Shown here one piece after another: positions 1 to 11,811 of a stretch of DNA of 64,000 bases. Made by a program: the position numbers and the translations under genes. Numbering within the stretch: position 1 is the first letter of the stretch; each line of letters starts with the position of its first letter. A model generated the notes under the pieces. The model searched no databases and was not told the DNA's origin. It saw only the letters and a program-made list of their open reading frames with translations. Origin of the DNA: Lama guanicoe (Eukaryota); the NCBI GenBank assembly GCA_013239625.1, contig MU053487.1:3245058-3309057 (forward strand), written 5' to 3'.

Positions 1-269
1 AATCCAGCACACACTGGAAAGGTTGTCTGCCTTTAAAGATAATATGAAAAGAAAAATGTAGTGTAAAGACTGAAGGCTAATGAAGTAGTCTTGGCAGTTA
101 GGAAAGTGTCTCTGAAAATGCACACCTCCCCTTGAGTGTCTTCCACCAAGCCCTGCTGGCACTCCAGGGGTGGAACAGTGATTCCCGGCCTAGGCGTGGC
201 ACCTATGGGATGAGACGCTTGCATATAATGTTATATTTCAAGGCCAGAGGAGCATGGGTGGGAGGAAAA

Positions 270-390
270 GGGTCTAGAGGCCCTGGATTTAGGCCCAAGC
301 TCTGCTACAAATTCCCCACGCCTCAGTTTCTCCACCTGGAAGTGAGGGGCTGGACTAGATGGTTTCTGATGCTCCCTCATTCTGTTAAGG
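270..390 (+). mobile_element. Degenerate MIR SINE fragment in ACAA1 intron 2
   Basis: GCCTCAGTTTCTCCACCTGGAAGTGAGGGG...TGGACTAGATG resembles the MIR core. Confidence 0.55.
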
Positions 391-696
391 CATGGACAAG
401 ACATCAAGATGGGTGGAGAGCCCTCGTCTCCTGTTTCCTACGGTGCTCTGAAACCCCTGTGCCAGGTGCCTTGGCGTTGAAATGTCACTTGAGAGCCCTG
501 CTTTCTATCACATTTACTATGCAGAATGTGCAGGCAGGAGTGGGGGGTGGGGTCTATAGCCCTAAAGGGATGATTAAACTCAGCTGCGTGAAGTCCCTCC
601 GCCTTCCGCTCAGTGAAAACACCTGGGAAGTGCCTGGATGGGGGCGGGATGGGAAGGCACGGAGGACCGAGTGCAGGGCCTGGGTAGTGTGCTCAC

Positions 697-790
697 CCAC
701 GCAGATATCCCCCAGCTGGGCCGGGCTCAGCTTGACGTCCTGGAGAACCGCGGTCATGACGGCCGAGAGAAGCTCGTCGGGGGTGGTGTC
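697..790 (-). CDS. ACAA1: ACAA1 coding exon 2 (94 nt); remaining exons lie left of the window
   Basis: CTGCAG| acceptor. Translates DTTPDELLSAVMTAVLQDVKLSPAQLGDICV(G). G|GTGAGC donor. Confidence 0.97.
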
Positions 791-1001
791 CTGCAGCGGG
801 AAGCACGGCCGCGATGACCCCCGGCCGGCGGCGGTGCTCCGGATTCCTGGGACTCCCGCTCCCCCAGACCCACCAGAGAGAGCAGTCACAGCTCGGGCGC
901 GGAGCCAACACTGCCGCCGAGGAGAACCAAGCAGAGAAGCCAGACCCCAGCCCGCCCCGGGCCGCTGTCTCACACCCGGCGCCCGGGCCCAGGAGCCTCA
1001 C

Positions 1002-1178
1002 CTTGAAGCCGCCGCGGCCCGATCGGCCAATGGCCGTGCGGCGCCCGTGCACCACCACTACGTCCTCGGCCGGCGCCCGCGGAGCGCCGCTCCAACACGG
1101 CGCGGCCTGCGGCGCCGGCTCCGAGCCCGACGCGGGCTGGCCTTTCAGGTGGCCGAGCACTACCTGGAGCCTCCGCAT
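1002..1178 (-). CDS. ACAA1: ACAA1 coding exon 1 (peroxisomal 3-ketoacyl-CoA thiolase, N-terminal 59 aa)
   Basis: ATG at 1178. Translates MRRLQVVLGHLKG...DVVVVHGRRTAIGRSGRGGFK, with the PTS2 nonapeptide RLQVVLGHL. Ends AAG|GTGAGG (phase 0 donor). Confidence 0.97.
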
Positions 1179-2512
1179 CACGTAGCTAGCCCAGTGGACT
1201 CCCTCCCGGCCGGGAACCGAGCGCTGGAGCCAACAGGCCGCCGCCCGCGCAGGCGTAGAACTGCACCTCTGACCCGAAGCTTAAGCCCCGCCCACGGCCG
1301 TGCAGGTCGGACGAGCTCTCCCCTCCAGAAGTCCCGCCCTCCTCCCGCCTCAGCCAATCATAAAGTGCGCTTGCCTGAGGTCCGCAAACCCAACCCCCTA
1401 GAGCAGGACCCAAAAGGATCTTTCCAAAGCCTCGCCTATAGTAGCCAATGGCTGCCAGACAGGAGGTGAACTTTCCCGAAGCCCCGCCCAGAAATGCGGA
1501 CCTTTCTACTTGCAGCCCCGCCTACTGCCAAACCCGAGGCGTTTTGGTATCTTGAAACGTACTCCGCAGCTGCCAGGGGTCCCTTTCCCTACAACTGCAC
1601 TATGCCGGCCGCCAAACAGGAGAGATGGCCAGGGCGCCCCCCTCCCACAGCTTCTTTCTTGGGAAGGAGTTCCGGAGGCTAATTCCTCTTCCCCCTTTCT
1701 AGCCTTCTCTTTTGTCTCCAAGCTGGGGGACCTAAATAATTCCGAGACGCCCCAGAGCCTACCCCGACGCTCTTGGGGTCTCCTGGGAAGACTGAGGGAA
1801 TCTGGGACCCTGGGGCGGTGGGAGAACGGCTTGTACCAAGGTGCCGAGATGTGACAAGTTTCCTATCTAGAGAGAAAGCACCAGACACACAAAAACAAAA
1901 CAAAACAAAAAACAAAAACCAATTTCACAGTCATCTGGGATGATTTGATTACTCTCCCACTAGGCTGGGGTCTCCACCAAGGCAGAGAGGGACACTGTAT
2001 CCGGCGTGCCAACAACATATTTGACACTTAATAGGTGATCAGTAAAAATCCATTGAATTAATGAATGAACCAGAGCTCCCCAGGTCAGGACTGTGTCCCC
2101 AGTCCCCAATTCTAAAGAGCAAGGCCAGTTGCCTGCCTGACTTTCAGTGGCAATGTTTCCCTAGACCCCAAGAGAGTAGTACTGGCTTTTTCACAGTCAC
2201 CAAAGGCCTGGGCGTCCTGTGACTCCCAACTCCGGAGAATGGGGTGACCCTCACCTTTCAAGGGCAGGGCCGTGGCATGCCTCAGGCTCCGGAAGGCAAT
2301 ATGCCTTTTTCCACCTCCGCCTCTGAGTGTACAGCCAGGGCTTCCCTTAGTCATAGAGGCAAGACTGAATGTTCCTCATACTGGGGAATGCCTCCCCATT
2401 GCCGATGCCTCCCTCCTTATTACCTCCCCACCATCCTCAAGGGCAGGACCGTGTGAACCCCTCGGATCCCCAATGGAAAGATCCCAAAGAGCAAAGCCCT
2501 TCTTTCCTATAA

Positions 2513-3268
<756 letters not shown>

Positions 3269-3985
3269 TAGGAGGGGATGCGGTGGAGAGGGGACACTGG
3301 AGGCAGCCTGTAGCGGGGGAACCGTGTAAGAGCAGTTCCCTCTTTTCAACACTCGGGATGGTAGGCACTGGAGAAAGGTGAAGGCCGGGTAAGGCAGAGA
3401 ACCGAGAGAAAACAGCTTAGGCAAAGCAAAGACTTCCATGTTGGCACAGGAGTCAGAATCAGGGTCCTCTGTGAGGGGCTTGGGACTGCTTCAAGTAGAG
3501 CAACAGGGCAAGGGACTGAAAGCTGACAGTCTTGGAAATCTCAAGTCCCTGGGAAATGCACCCCTTCCTGACACTCGCTGACACATAATACACATGCACA
3601 GGCATGGGCATAGTGGCCCACAGACAGTCACTTTGCTTGGTTGGCTGGGCCACTGCCTTCACTGCACATAACCACTAGGTCCCCTGAGCCCTTCTTACAT
3701 GCCCGGGCCACATCAGGCGTGGAACCTAGAAGACGACGACCTCGGGTTCTATTCTCAGGAGCCCTAGGGCAGTGGGAGGGGTGGCAGGGGGGTAAAGGGA
3801 TAGAGACACAAACCTGATCTTGATGGCTTCCCACATGGCCAGAAAATCACTGACATCTCTTGAGGATGGCCAGAGCCAGGTGGGAGCTCACCCTTTCAGA
3901 GCTATTGAACTGTGGATGGTACCAGTGGGCTGGAGAACCCTGAACATGATCAGGGAGGTGGGACAGGGGCTGGACCAGACTGTGA

Positions 3986-4207
<222 letters not shown>

Positions 4208-4209
4208 TA

Positions 4210-4360
4210 GGACATTGTGGTGTTAAGAGCATGGATGTTGAAAGCAGGCGGGCTGTGGCACCTTGAGCAAGTCACTTAATCTCTCTGAGCTTAGGTTTCC
4301 TACGAAATGGGAACAATAATAGTCCTAACTCTGGGTTGCCATAAGACTCATAAAATTGTG
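4210..4360 (+). mobile_element. MIR SINE in MYD88 intron 2
   Basis: CCTTGAGCAAGTCACTTAATCTCTCTGAGCTTAGGTTTCC...AAATGGGAACAATAATAG matches the MIR core. Confidence 0.8.
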
Positions 4361-4456
4361 TGTCTGTCTCATAGTCAACCTAGGGCTTGGCCTGGGAGCA
4401 GGCTCGGGGTGGGAGGGGCGCTCATCTTCCTCTCCTGGGAAGGGCACTTTCTCTGA

Positions 4457-4786
<330 letters not shown>

Positions 4787-4894
4787 TGAGGGGGTGCACA
4801 AATCCAGATGCTGGGGATCCCCCCGCTGGACCCCGTCTAGCCTGCACATAGTGGGCTCCTCCCAAGGCCGTCCTCTGTGGGTGTGCTCAACTAG

Positions 4895-5185
<291 letters not shown>

Positions 5186-5188
5186 TAG

Positions 5189-5437
<249 letters not shown>

Positions 5438-6382
5438 ACGGCCCCGGGACCCTAGGTGTGTGTGCATCTATCTGCCTGTACGTGGACTTCTGCCCCTGCC
5501 TCCACCTGCAGTTGTAGGAGGAATCTGTGCTCCACTTGCCTCTCAATTCCTGGACATGCCAACTCCACAGACACATCTGCAGCCCCAGTACCTATCTGGG
5601 CATCACATCTCAGGTCCTGCACAGAACCAGTGGCTGCAAATGGCACGTCCCCTTGCTGGGTTATCAGCCGGGATGGTGAAAACCAGAGGCAGCTGGGACT
5701 AAGAGGAGGACCAGAAGAGCCAGCTCTGACTTGTCCACACATCTTAGGCCTCAGTTTCTCCATCTAAGAACCAAGTAGGGTGGGCAGAACAGGCAGGAGC
5801 TGCGTTCGAACCGCTGTGGGAAATGGTGAAGTATTGTTCTGGGTCTCCTGGAGAGACAAATCTTGGCTGAGAGAGCTGGCTGCCTGGACCACATGCTGCC
5901 CGCTGCTGGGACCACTGCACAAGGCGCCTACTAACGCTTCTGGACCTTGCTACCCATCTCACATCCCACTTCCTCCTGCCCCAGGGGGCAGATGGGGAAG
6001 CAGGCTGGTCCACTCAGGGAGGTTCCCCAGTGGTTCCACCTCTCATCTGCTTCTTTGACTTCTCCCAGCTTCTGCCCACCTTCAGTGTGCTAAGTCCCCA
6101 AGAGACCAGCCTGAACATCTGGGCTGCTTTTCACTTCAACTATCGAGTGCCTGTAATCCTGCTCTCAGCTCTGCCTGGCATCAGATGGGATCCCGACTTC
6201 CGGCATTTCCATTAAGTTTGGGCTCTGGGTCACCATGGCGGTGTAAGCAGGAAGCTTTCCTTCCTCGGCCACCCACAGAGAGCTTTTCCACCAATATTCT
6301 GTGCCGTAATTGCCTTAACAAAGTTGTTTGCTGGGACCAGTTTACAAACAGTGACCATGTAAGAGCCTCCTGCCCCAAAGCT

Positions 6383-6483
6383 TGTGGACACGTGGACACA
6401 TACGAGCTCACATGCGGAGACACACACGTACGTGCCCACGCACCCGCACACACACACGCACACAGGCATCTTCATGCACACAC
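6383..6483 (+). repeat. Degenerate (CA)/(CG) alternating tract in the MYD88 3' UTR
   Basis: GACACACACGTACGTGCCCACGCACCCGCACACACACACGCACACAGGC... Confidence 0.7.
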
Positions 6484-7077
6484 TTCCCTGGGTACAGCTC
6501 CCAGGAACAGCCACGTGGGACAGTCCCACCATAAAGGGGTCCTAACCCTGGACAAAGATGGGACGCTCGAATTCTTCTCTTTTTTCCCTCTTCATTGAAA
6601 CCAGACTCTGGAAAGGACCCAATATGCCAGCATTTATGCCTTCAGTGAAGCACAGAGTAAGAACAGAGCTTGCTTGAACTCACACAGCAAGTCAGCTGCG
6701 ACACAGCTGTTTTCTTCCCTCCCTGGAGGATCTGTATGTTAGTTTCCCTTAAGCTCTCCTTCAAGGAGAAAATGTCATGGTCTCAAGTCTCTGTCCCAGG
6801 ACAGAACGCGGGACCCTAAATCTAACAGGAAATGTTCATCTTCTCTGCTCCACCTCCAGCAAGGGCTGGGGGAAGGGAGCTTCTCTCAGGATCTCCAGAG
6901 GATGATCTTGATAAAGCACTTAGCTACCAAGCACCTATCCACACTTTGATACTGGAAAGTATTTTAAAACAATTTCAAGAAAGTAGCTTTTACACCTGTT
7001 TTGTATTCATGGTGAGAATTTCAGAGAGCTGAGAAATGGCTATGTTTATAATTTCCCCTTCTGTATCCTGGGTTTAT

Positions 7078-7083
7078 AATAAA
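7078..7083 (+). terminator. MYD88 polyadenylation signal AATAAA
   Basis: Canonical hexamer with TGTA upstream (~7063) and a GT/T-rich tract downstream (GGTTTCACTTGTTTCT, ~7108-7123). Confidence 0.85.
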
Positions 7084-8364
7084 GAGTTCTCTACTTTCAG
7101 AGTAGCAGGTTTCACTTGTTTCTGGAAGGAGTTTAGAAGCAGGAACCGGGGATAAGGCTCACCTAAGTAAGAGACACTGGCCCCTTGGGTAGGTTCCAGT
7201 GGTTCAGCAGGGACTTCCTGAAGGCTGGACCTCCTCCTCAGGCCACCAGCACTGCAGGCAGAACTAGAAACAGCAGCCTCAGCTCCTGACACTGGGGACA
7301 CCGCTGGCCTCTGCCAAGCTTTGTGGACGGTGGCATCCTCCTGGGTCCTGGTCCAGCCAGTGGACAGGGGCTGCTCTTCTAGGCTCAAATGAGGGTCTGG
7401 AGAACCCCTATTCCAGCTCACAGATCTCTGGAGAACACAGTTGATACCAATAATGGTCATCCTTGGGTAAATTTGTGTTAATCCTATAAGGTACCACTCT
7501 ATTTTTAAACAGAATGTACCACTTTTTGACTGTTCACTTGACAAAATCTGGAAAATATAACGATAACTCACCCATCATCCTAATCCCGGAGATAACTCTG
7601 TGACCTTTTTAGAGTGCGCCGATCTTATCAGCGACTATAGCTTTTCTTGGTGGTCTCTCTGTTACCGTGTCCTGGCTCCTGAGCCTCCTAGATGCTGGAG
7701 GCTTCCCAGCCTTGTCCCTGTACCCTCAAGGACTCCTAGAAAGGCCTCATGTACTCAGAGCAGCCTGGAGGCAGGACCTGCCTCTCTGTGTCCCCTGAGG
7801 AACAGAACCTCAGTGTGGTCCCGGCAGCACCCCCGGGATCTGCCCTGTGCCACTCAAGGCTGGAGGGACAGTCTTTGGGTCTGCTTATGTTCATGGCGGG
7901 AAGTCTCCGGGTTACACCTGTCACATCAGAGGAAAAGCTTCTATCCTCTCAAACCGGGATGGTGATCCAAATGCACTCCCCTCACCCCAACCCGATCCTC
8001 ACACCCCTTCCTTCAGTGAGGAACCTCCTGCCTCCCATAAGCAGGTTCCCAGATACCCAGGAAGCTTCCTGTCCTCATTTTTGGTTTAGTCCTCTAGGAA
8101 CTTTTGATAGAGAAACCCTGTTTTCCAACAGGGAAAATTCACTGTTGAAATTATCCAAGGCAAAAGCAGGACATCTTGGAGGGCAGCAGCAAAGGTAAAA
8201 TATAAAACTACAAGTCTGCATGACAACGGACCTGGATTCTGCCACAAGTCAGCGGCAAGGGGAAAAACAGGGAGAGGGATTTGCTCCAGATTAGACGAGA
8301 AAATATACTAATACAGCGTGACTTTGTCAGAACCTGGTTCAAACAGACTAATTATAAAAAGACA

Positions 8365-8852
8365 CTTTGGGTCATATGTCTGATAGAGGTTAATATCCAG
8401 AATATATAGAGAACTCCTACAACTCAACAGCAAAAAAAACAATTAAAAAATAGGCAAGGGACTTGAGATGTCTCTCCAAAGACGACATACAAATGAGTAA
8501 AAAGGGCATGAAAAGACGCTCAACATCACTCATCATTAGGGAAATGTAAATCAAAACCACAATGAGATCTCATGCCCATTAGCGCAGCTACTATCAAAAA
8601 ACCCACAAAACAAGTGTTGATAAGGACGTGGAGAAACTGGAACCCTGATGCACTACTGGCAGGAATGTAAAATGGTACAGTTGCTGTGGTATGGCAATTT
8701 CTCAAAAATTTTTTAAAAATAGAAATACCATACGATCCAGCAATTCTGAGTTTAACCCCAAAAGAATTGAAAGCAGGGTTTCAAAGAGACATTCATGCAC
8801 CCATATTCAGAGCAGCATTATTCACAATGGCCAAAATGTATAAGCAACCCAA
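8365..8852 (+). mobile_element. Old L1 (L1MA/MB-type) ORF2 3' part, left half
   Basis: ATATCCAGAATATATAGAGAACTCCTACAACTCAACA...AAAAGACGCTCAACATCACT...GAAATACCATACGATCCAGCAATT. Degenerate L1 ORF2 C-terminal peptide (KIEIPYDPAI). Confidence 0.85.
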
Positions 8853-8983
8853 GAAACTGCCCACTGAAAAAAATGCACAACCTAAAAGTTGAGAATTATG
8901 TTTTATTCAGCAGATTTTCTGAAGACTTCAAGCCTGGGAGACACCCTCTCAGAATAATCTGAGGCAGGCTCCAAAGAGGTAAG

Positions 8984-9084
8984 CGTGGGAGAGGGTAATA
9001 GCTCAGTGGTAGAGCGCATGCTTAGCAAGCATGAGGTCCTGGGTTTAATCCCCAGCACCTCCATTTAAAAAAAAAAACAAACCG
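8984..9084 (+). mobile_element. tRNA-derived camelid (Vic-type) SINE with 11-bp TSD
   Basis: A box TAGCTCAGTGG, B-box-like GGTTTAATCCC, A-rich tail. AAAGAGGTAAG direct repeats at 8973-8983 and 9085-9095. Confidence 0.9.
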
Positions 9085-9177
9085 AAAGAGGTAAGGGGGG
9101 AGCCAGGATATATAGTGGTTTTTGCAACAGAGACCAGGTAGTCAGAACATCAAAAGATTACCATTAATTAAAGAAAA

Positions 9178-9985
9178 TTATCAGAGAAATGCAAATCAAA
9201 ACTACAGTGCAGTATCACTTCACACTGGTCAGAACGGCCATCGTTCAAAAATCCACAAATAAATGCTGGAGACGGTGTGGAGAAAAGGGAGCCCTCCCAC
9301 ACTGCTGGTGGAAATGTAATTTAGTGTGGGCACTATGGAAAACAGTATGGAGATTCCTTGAAAAACTAAAAATAGAGTTACCATATGATCCAGCAATCCC
9401 ACTCCAGGGCATATTTCCAGAGACAACTCAAATTTGAAAAGATACACGCACCCCGATGTTCAGAGGAGCCCTATTTAGATGGACTAAATGTCCATCAACA
9501 GATGACTAGATTAAGAAGATGTACACCATAGAATACTACTCAGCCATAAAAAAGAATGAAATACTGCCATTTGCAGCAACATGGATGGATGTAGAGATTA
9601 TCATACTGAGTGAAATAAGTCAGGCAGAGAAAGACAAATATCATATATCACTTATATGTGGACTCTAAAAAAAAGACACAAATGAACTTATTTACAAGAC
9701 AGAAGCAGACTCATATAGAAAACAAACTTACAGTTACCAGGGGAGAGAGGGGAAGAGGGATAAATAAGAAGTTTGGGATTTGGGATTAGCAGATACAAAC
9801 TGCTATATTTAAAACATAAACAACAAGGACCTACTGTATAGCACAGGGAACTCTATCCAATAGCTTGCAATAATCCATAATGAAAAAGAATATATATGTA
9901 TAACTGAATCACTATGCTATATACCAGAAACTAACACAACATTGTAAATCAACTATACTTGAATTAAAAAAAAAAAAACAACAGA
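9178..9985 (+). mobile_element. 5'-truncated younger L1 (ORF2 C-terminus, 3' UTR, poly(A)) inside the LTR
   Basis: ORF 9189-9437 ([15 protein letters not shown]...[22 protein letters not shown]...[10 protein letters not shown]) is the L1 ORF2 cysteine-rich end. Poly(A) at 9966-9978. Confidence 0.92.
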
Positions 9986-10306
9986 CAAAGGAAAAAAACC
10001 AGATACATCGAGCTAATGAACTTAGCGCTTTCCTATGTAGGGGAAGATGCAGGTGTCTGGGCTCACTGAAATCACTCCTTTGACATGCACCTTTCTGACT
10101 AGGGCCAGTATCCCATTCTCTCCCACCCTCAGTCCCCTCAGGTGCCCCGCTGCGGGTGGCTGCAGTGGCTGAGGGCTTGGCAGAGGGCAGCCCGTCCGTC
10201 TCCATCCTGAGTTCCCCCAGGGCTCACCTTTGGGGGTGGCTGTAGTGGCTTGATGGCTGCAATATCCTCTGTTGACTGATACAGCAGGCAAATTTTGTCA
10301 TTCCCA

Positions 10307-10770
10307 TATCCCTTATGGGGATGAATGTGGTTTATACATATTGTTATTCATATACATTCATTTTTAAAAAGGAATGAAATTCTGACACATGCTACAATAT
10401 GGATGAACCTTGAAGACAATATGCTAAGTGAAATAAAACAGTGCAAAAAAAATTGTGCTGTATAATTCCGCTTATATCAGGTATCTAGAACAGCCAAATT
10501 TTTACAAACAGAAGATAGGATGGTGGCTCCCACGGCCTGTGGGGTGGAGAGAATGAAGAGATGTTGTTTAATGTGTCCGTTTTATGACTTTCAGTTTTGC
10601 ACAATGAATAGTGTTCAGGAGATTGGTTATACAGCAATGTGAATATACTACTGAACTGTATACTTAAAAAGTGGAATTGATCGATTAGACGCATTTGTCT
10701 GAGCAGGGAACAAAAAAAAAGTTACAAAGGTAAATTTTATGTTATGTGCATTTTACCACTGAAAAAAGAT
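10307..10770 (+). mobile_element. Old L1 (L1MA/MB-type) 3' UTR, right half of the element at 8365
   Basis: AAAAAGGAATGAAATTCTGACACATGCTACAATATGGATGAACCTTGAAGACAATATGCTAAGTGAAATAA...GGTAAATTTTATGTTATGTGCATTTTACCAC. Confidence 0.85.
10673..10720 (+). pseudogene. 5'-truncated retrocopy of C/D-box snoRNA U15B (SNORD15B) 3' end
   Basis: ATTGATCGATTAGACGCATTTGTCTGAGCAGG closely matches the SNORD15B 3' end as I recall it (ATTGATCGATTTAGAGGCATTTGTCTGAGAAGG). D box CTGA at 10699-10702, A9 tail, AAAAAGT on both sides. Confidence 0.75.
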
Positions 10771-11811
10771 GCATTCTTGGGACAACTGGGGAAATTTGGG
10801 TATCAGATGATGCCACAGAATTATCACCTTTTTTTTTTAGATGTAATAATAGCATTGTGGTCATATAAGAAAATGTCCAAATTTATTAGAGACCAATTCT
10901 GAAGTATATTGGTATGAAATGAATAATGTCTGGGATTTGTTTTTAAATAATTAAGAAACAAAAAATAACGAAGGCTATACAAAGCAAACGTGACTGTGTA
11001 TTAATCATTAAACTGGAGGTTCATTTTTTTCTCTCCATTCTTATATGTCTAAACATTTTTATAATTAAAAAAATGAAGTTAAAAATTTGTACAAGCACTG
11101 CTGCTACTCCACTTGGACAAATGTCTGTCTTACTGCATCTCCCTAAGGCAGGTATTTTAAAATCATTACTTAGGAGTGACTGAAATACCTTCCTACCTCG
11201 GAGGGAAGTGGAGGAAAAGTTGGATAACATATTCCCAGGCATCTAAAAATCTCATCTCTGACAATTGGTTTTTTAAAAATTATTTGCTAATTCTGAGGCT
11301 TAAGAAAAGTATACCAAAAATATTTTCTTTAACTCAAAATATTTTTCTTTAACTGAAAATTAAAAGGGACTCCCACGACCTGCACGGCTTTCGAGGCAGA
11401 AGGACCAGACCACTGTCCCTGGGCAAAGGGAGAAGCACCCCAGCTCCTTGGCAGCCATGCCGCAGCCTTGCTCTGCAGCAAAGGCACCATGCTCTCCAGC
11501 CTGGGAGATGCAAAGAGAGTTCTCGCCCTCAACAGCACAGGAGCAGCTTCTGTGGGCCCCTGGTGGACAGAGAATTCTGAGCGGTGGGGCTGAGAATGAC
11601 AAGTGGTGGGAAACTGGAGAATGCCTGTTCACACCAGGCTGGAATTATTTCAAATTCCAGAAGGTGAATTCAGAATCACAGAGCAGGACACAGGCAGGGC
11701 CACTGGACTGTCAGGGAGGTGGATGAGGAGGAAGCTCACCATCAATTCAGGGGAACAGTGTCCTCACTGGCAGCGGTTTGCCAGATGAGGCAGAAAATGA
11801 TCCAAAAACCT

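Larger units (their letters stand above)
690..1530 (-). promoter_or_regulatory. ACAA1 CpG island and TATA-less promoter
   Basis: High GC and CpG density over exons 1-2. GC boxes near 1285, 1333, 1482 and 1515. CCAAT boxes AGCCAATCA (CCAAT 1354-1358) and AGCCAATGG (CCAAT 1445-1449). Confidence 0.8.
5438..7105 (+). other. MYD88: MYD88 3' UTR (~1.65 kb)
   Basis: Runs from the stop codon to the first AATAAA I find (7078). The cleavage site is estimated. Confidence 0.75.
8858..10306 (-). mobile_element. ERV1-class solo LTR (artiodactyl type), interrupted by a SINE and an L1
   Basis: Minus strand begins TG (10306) and ends CA (8858), with AATAAA ~45 nt before its 3' end. LTR-like sequence resumes after each insertion. 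No TSD seen, and the family is not determined. Confidence 0.7.

Noticed and set aside
8995..9062. tRNA gene-like sequences (also at ~50998)
   Set aside because: A-rich tails, TSDs and substitutions show these are SINE heads, not tRNA genes.
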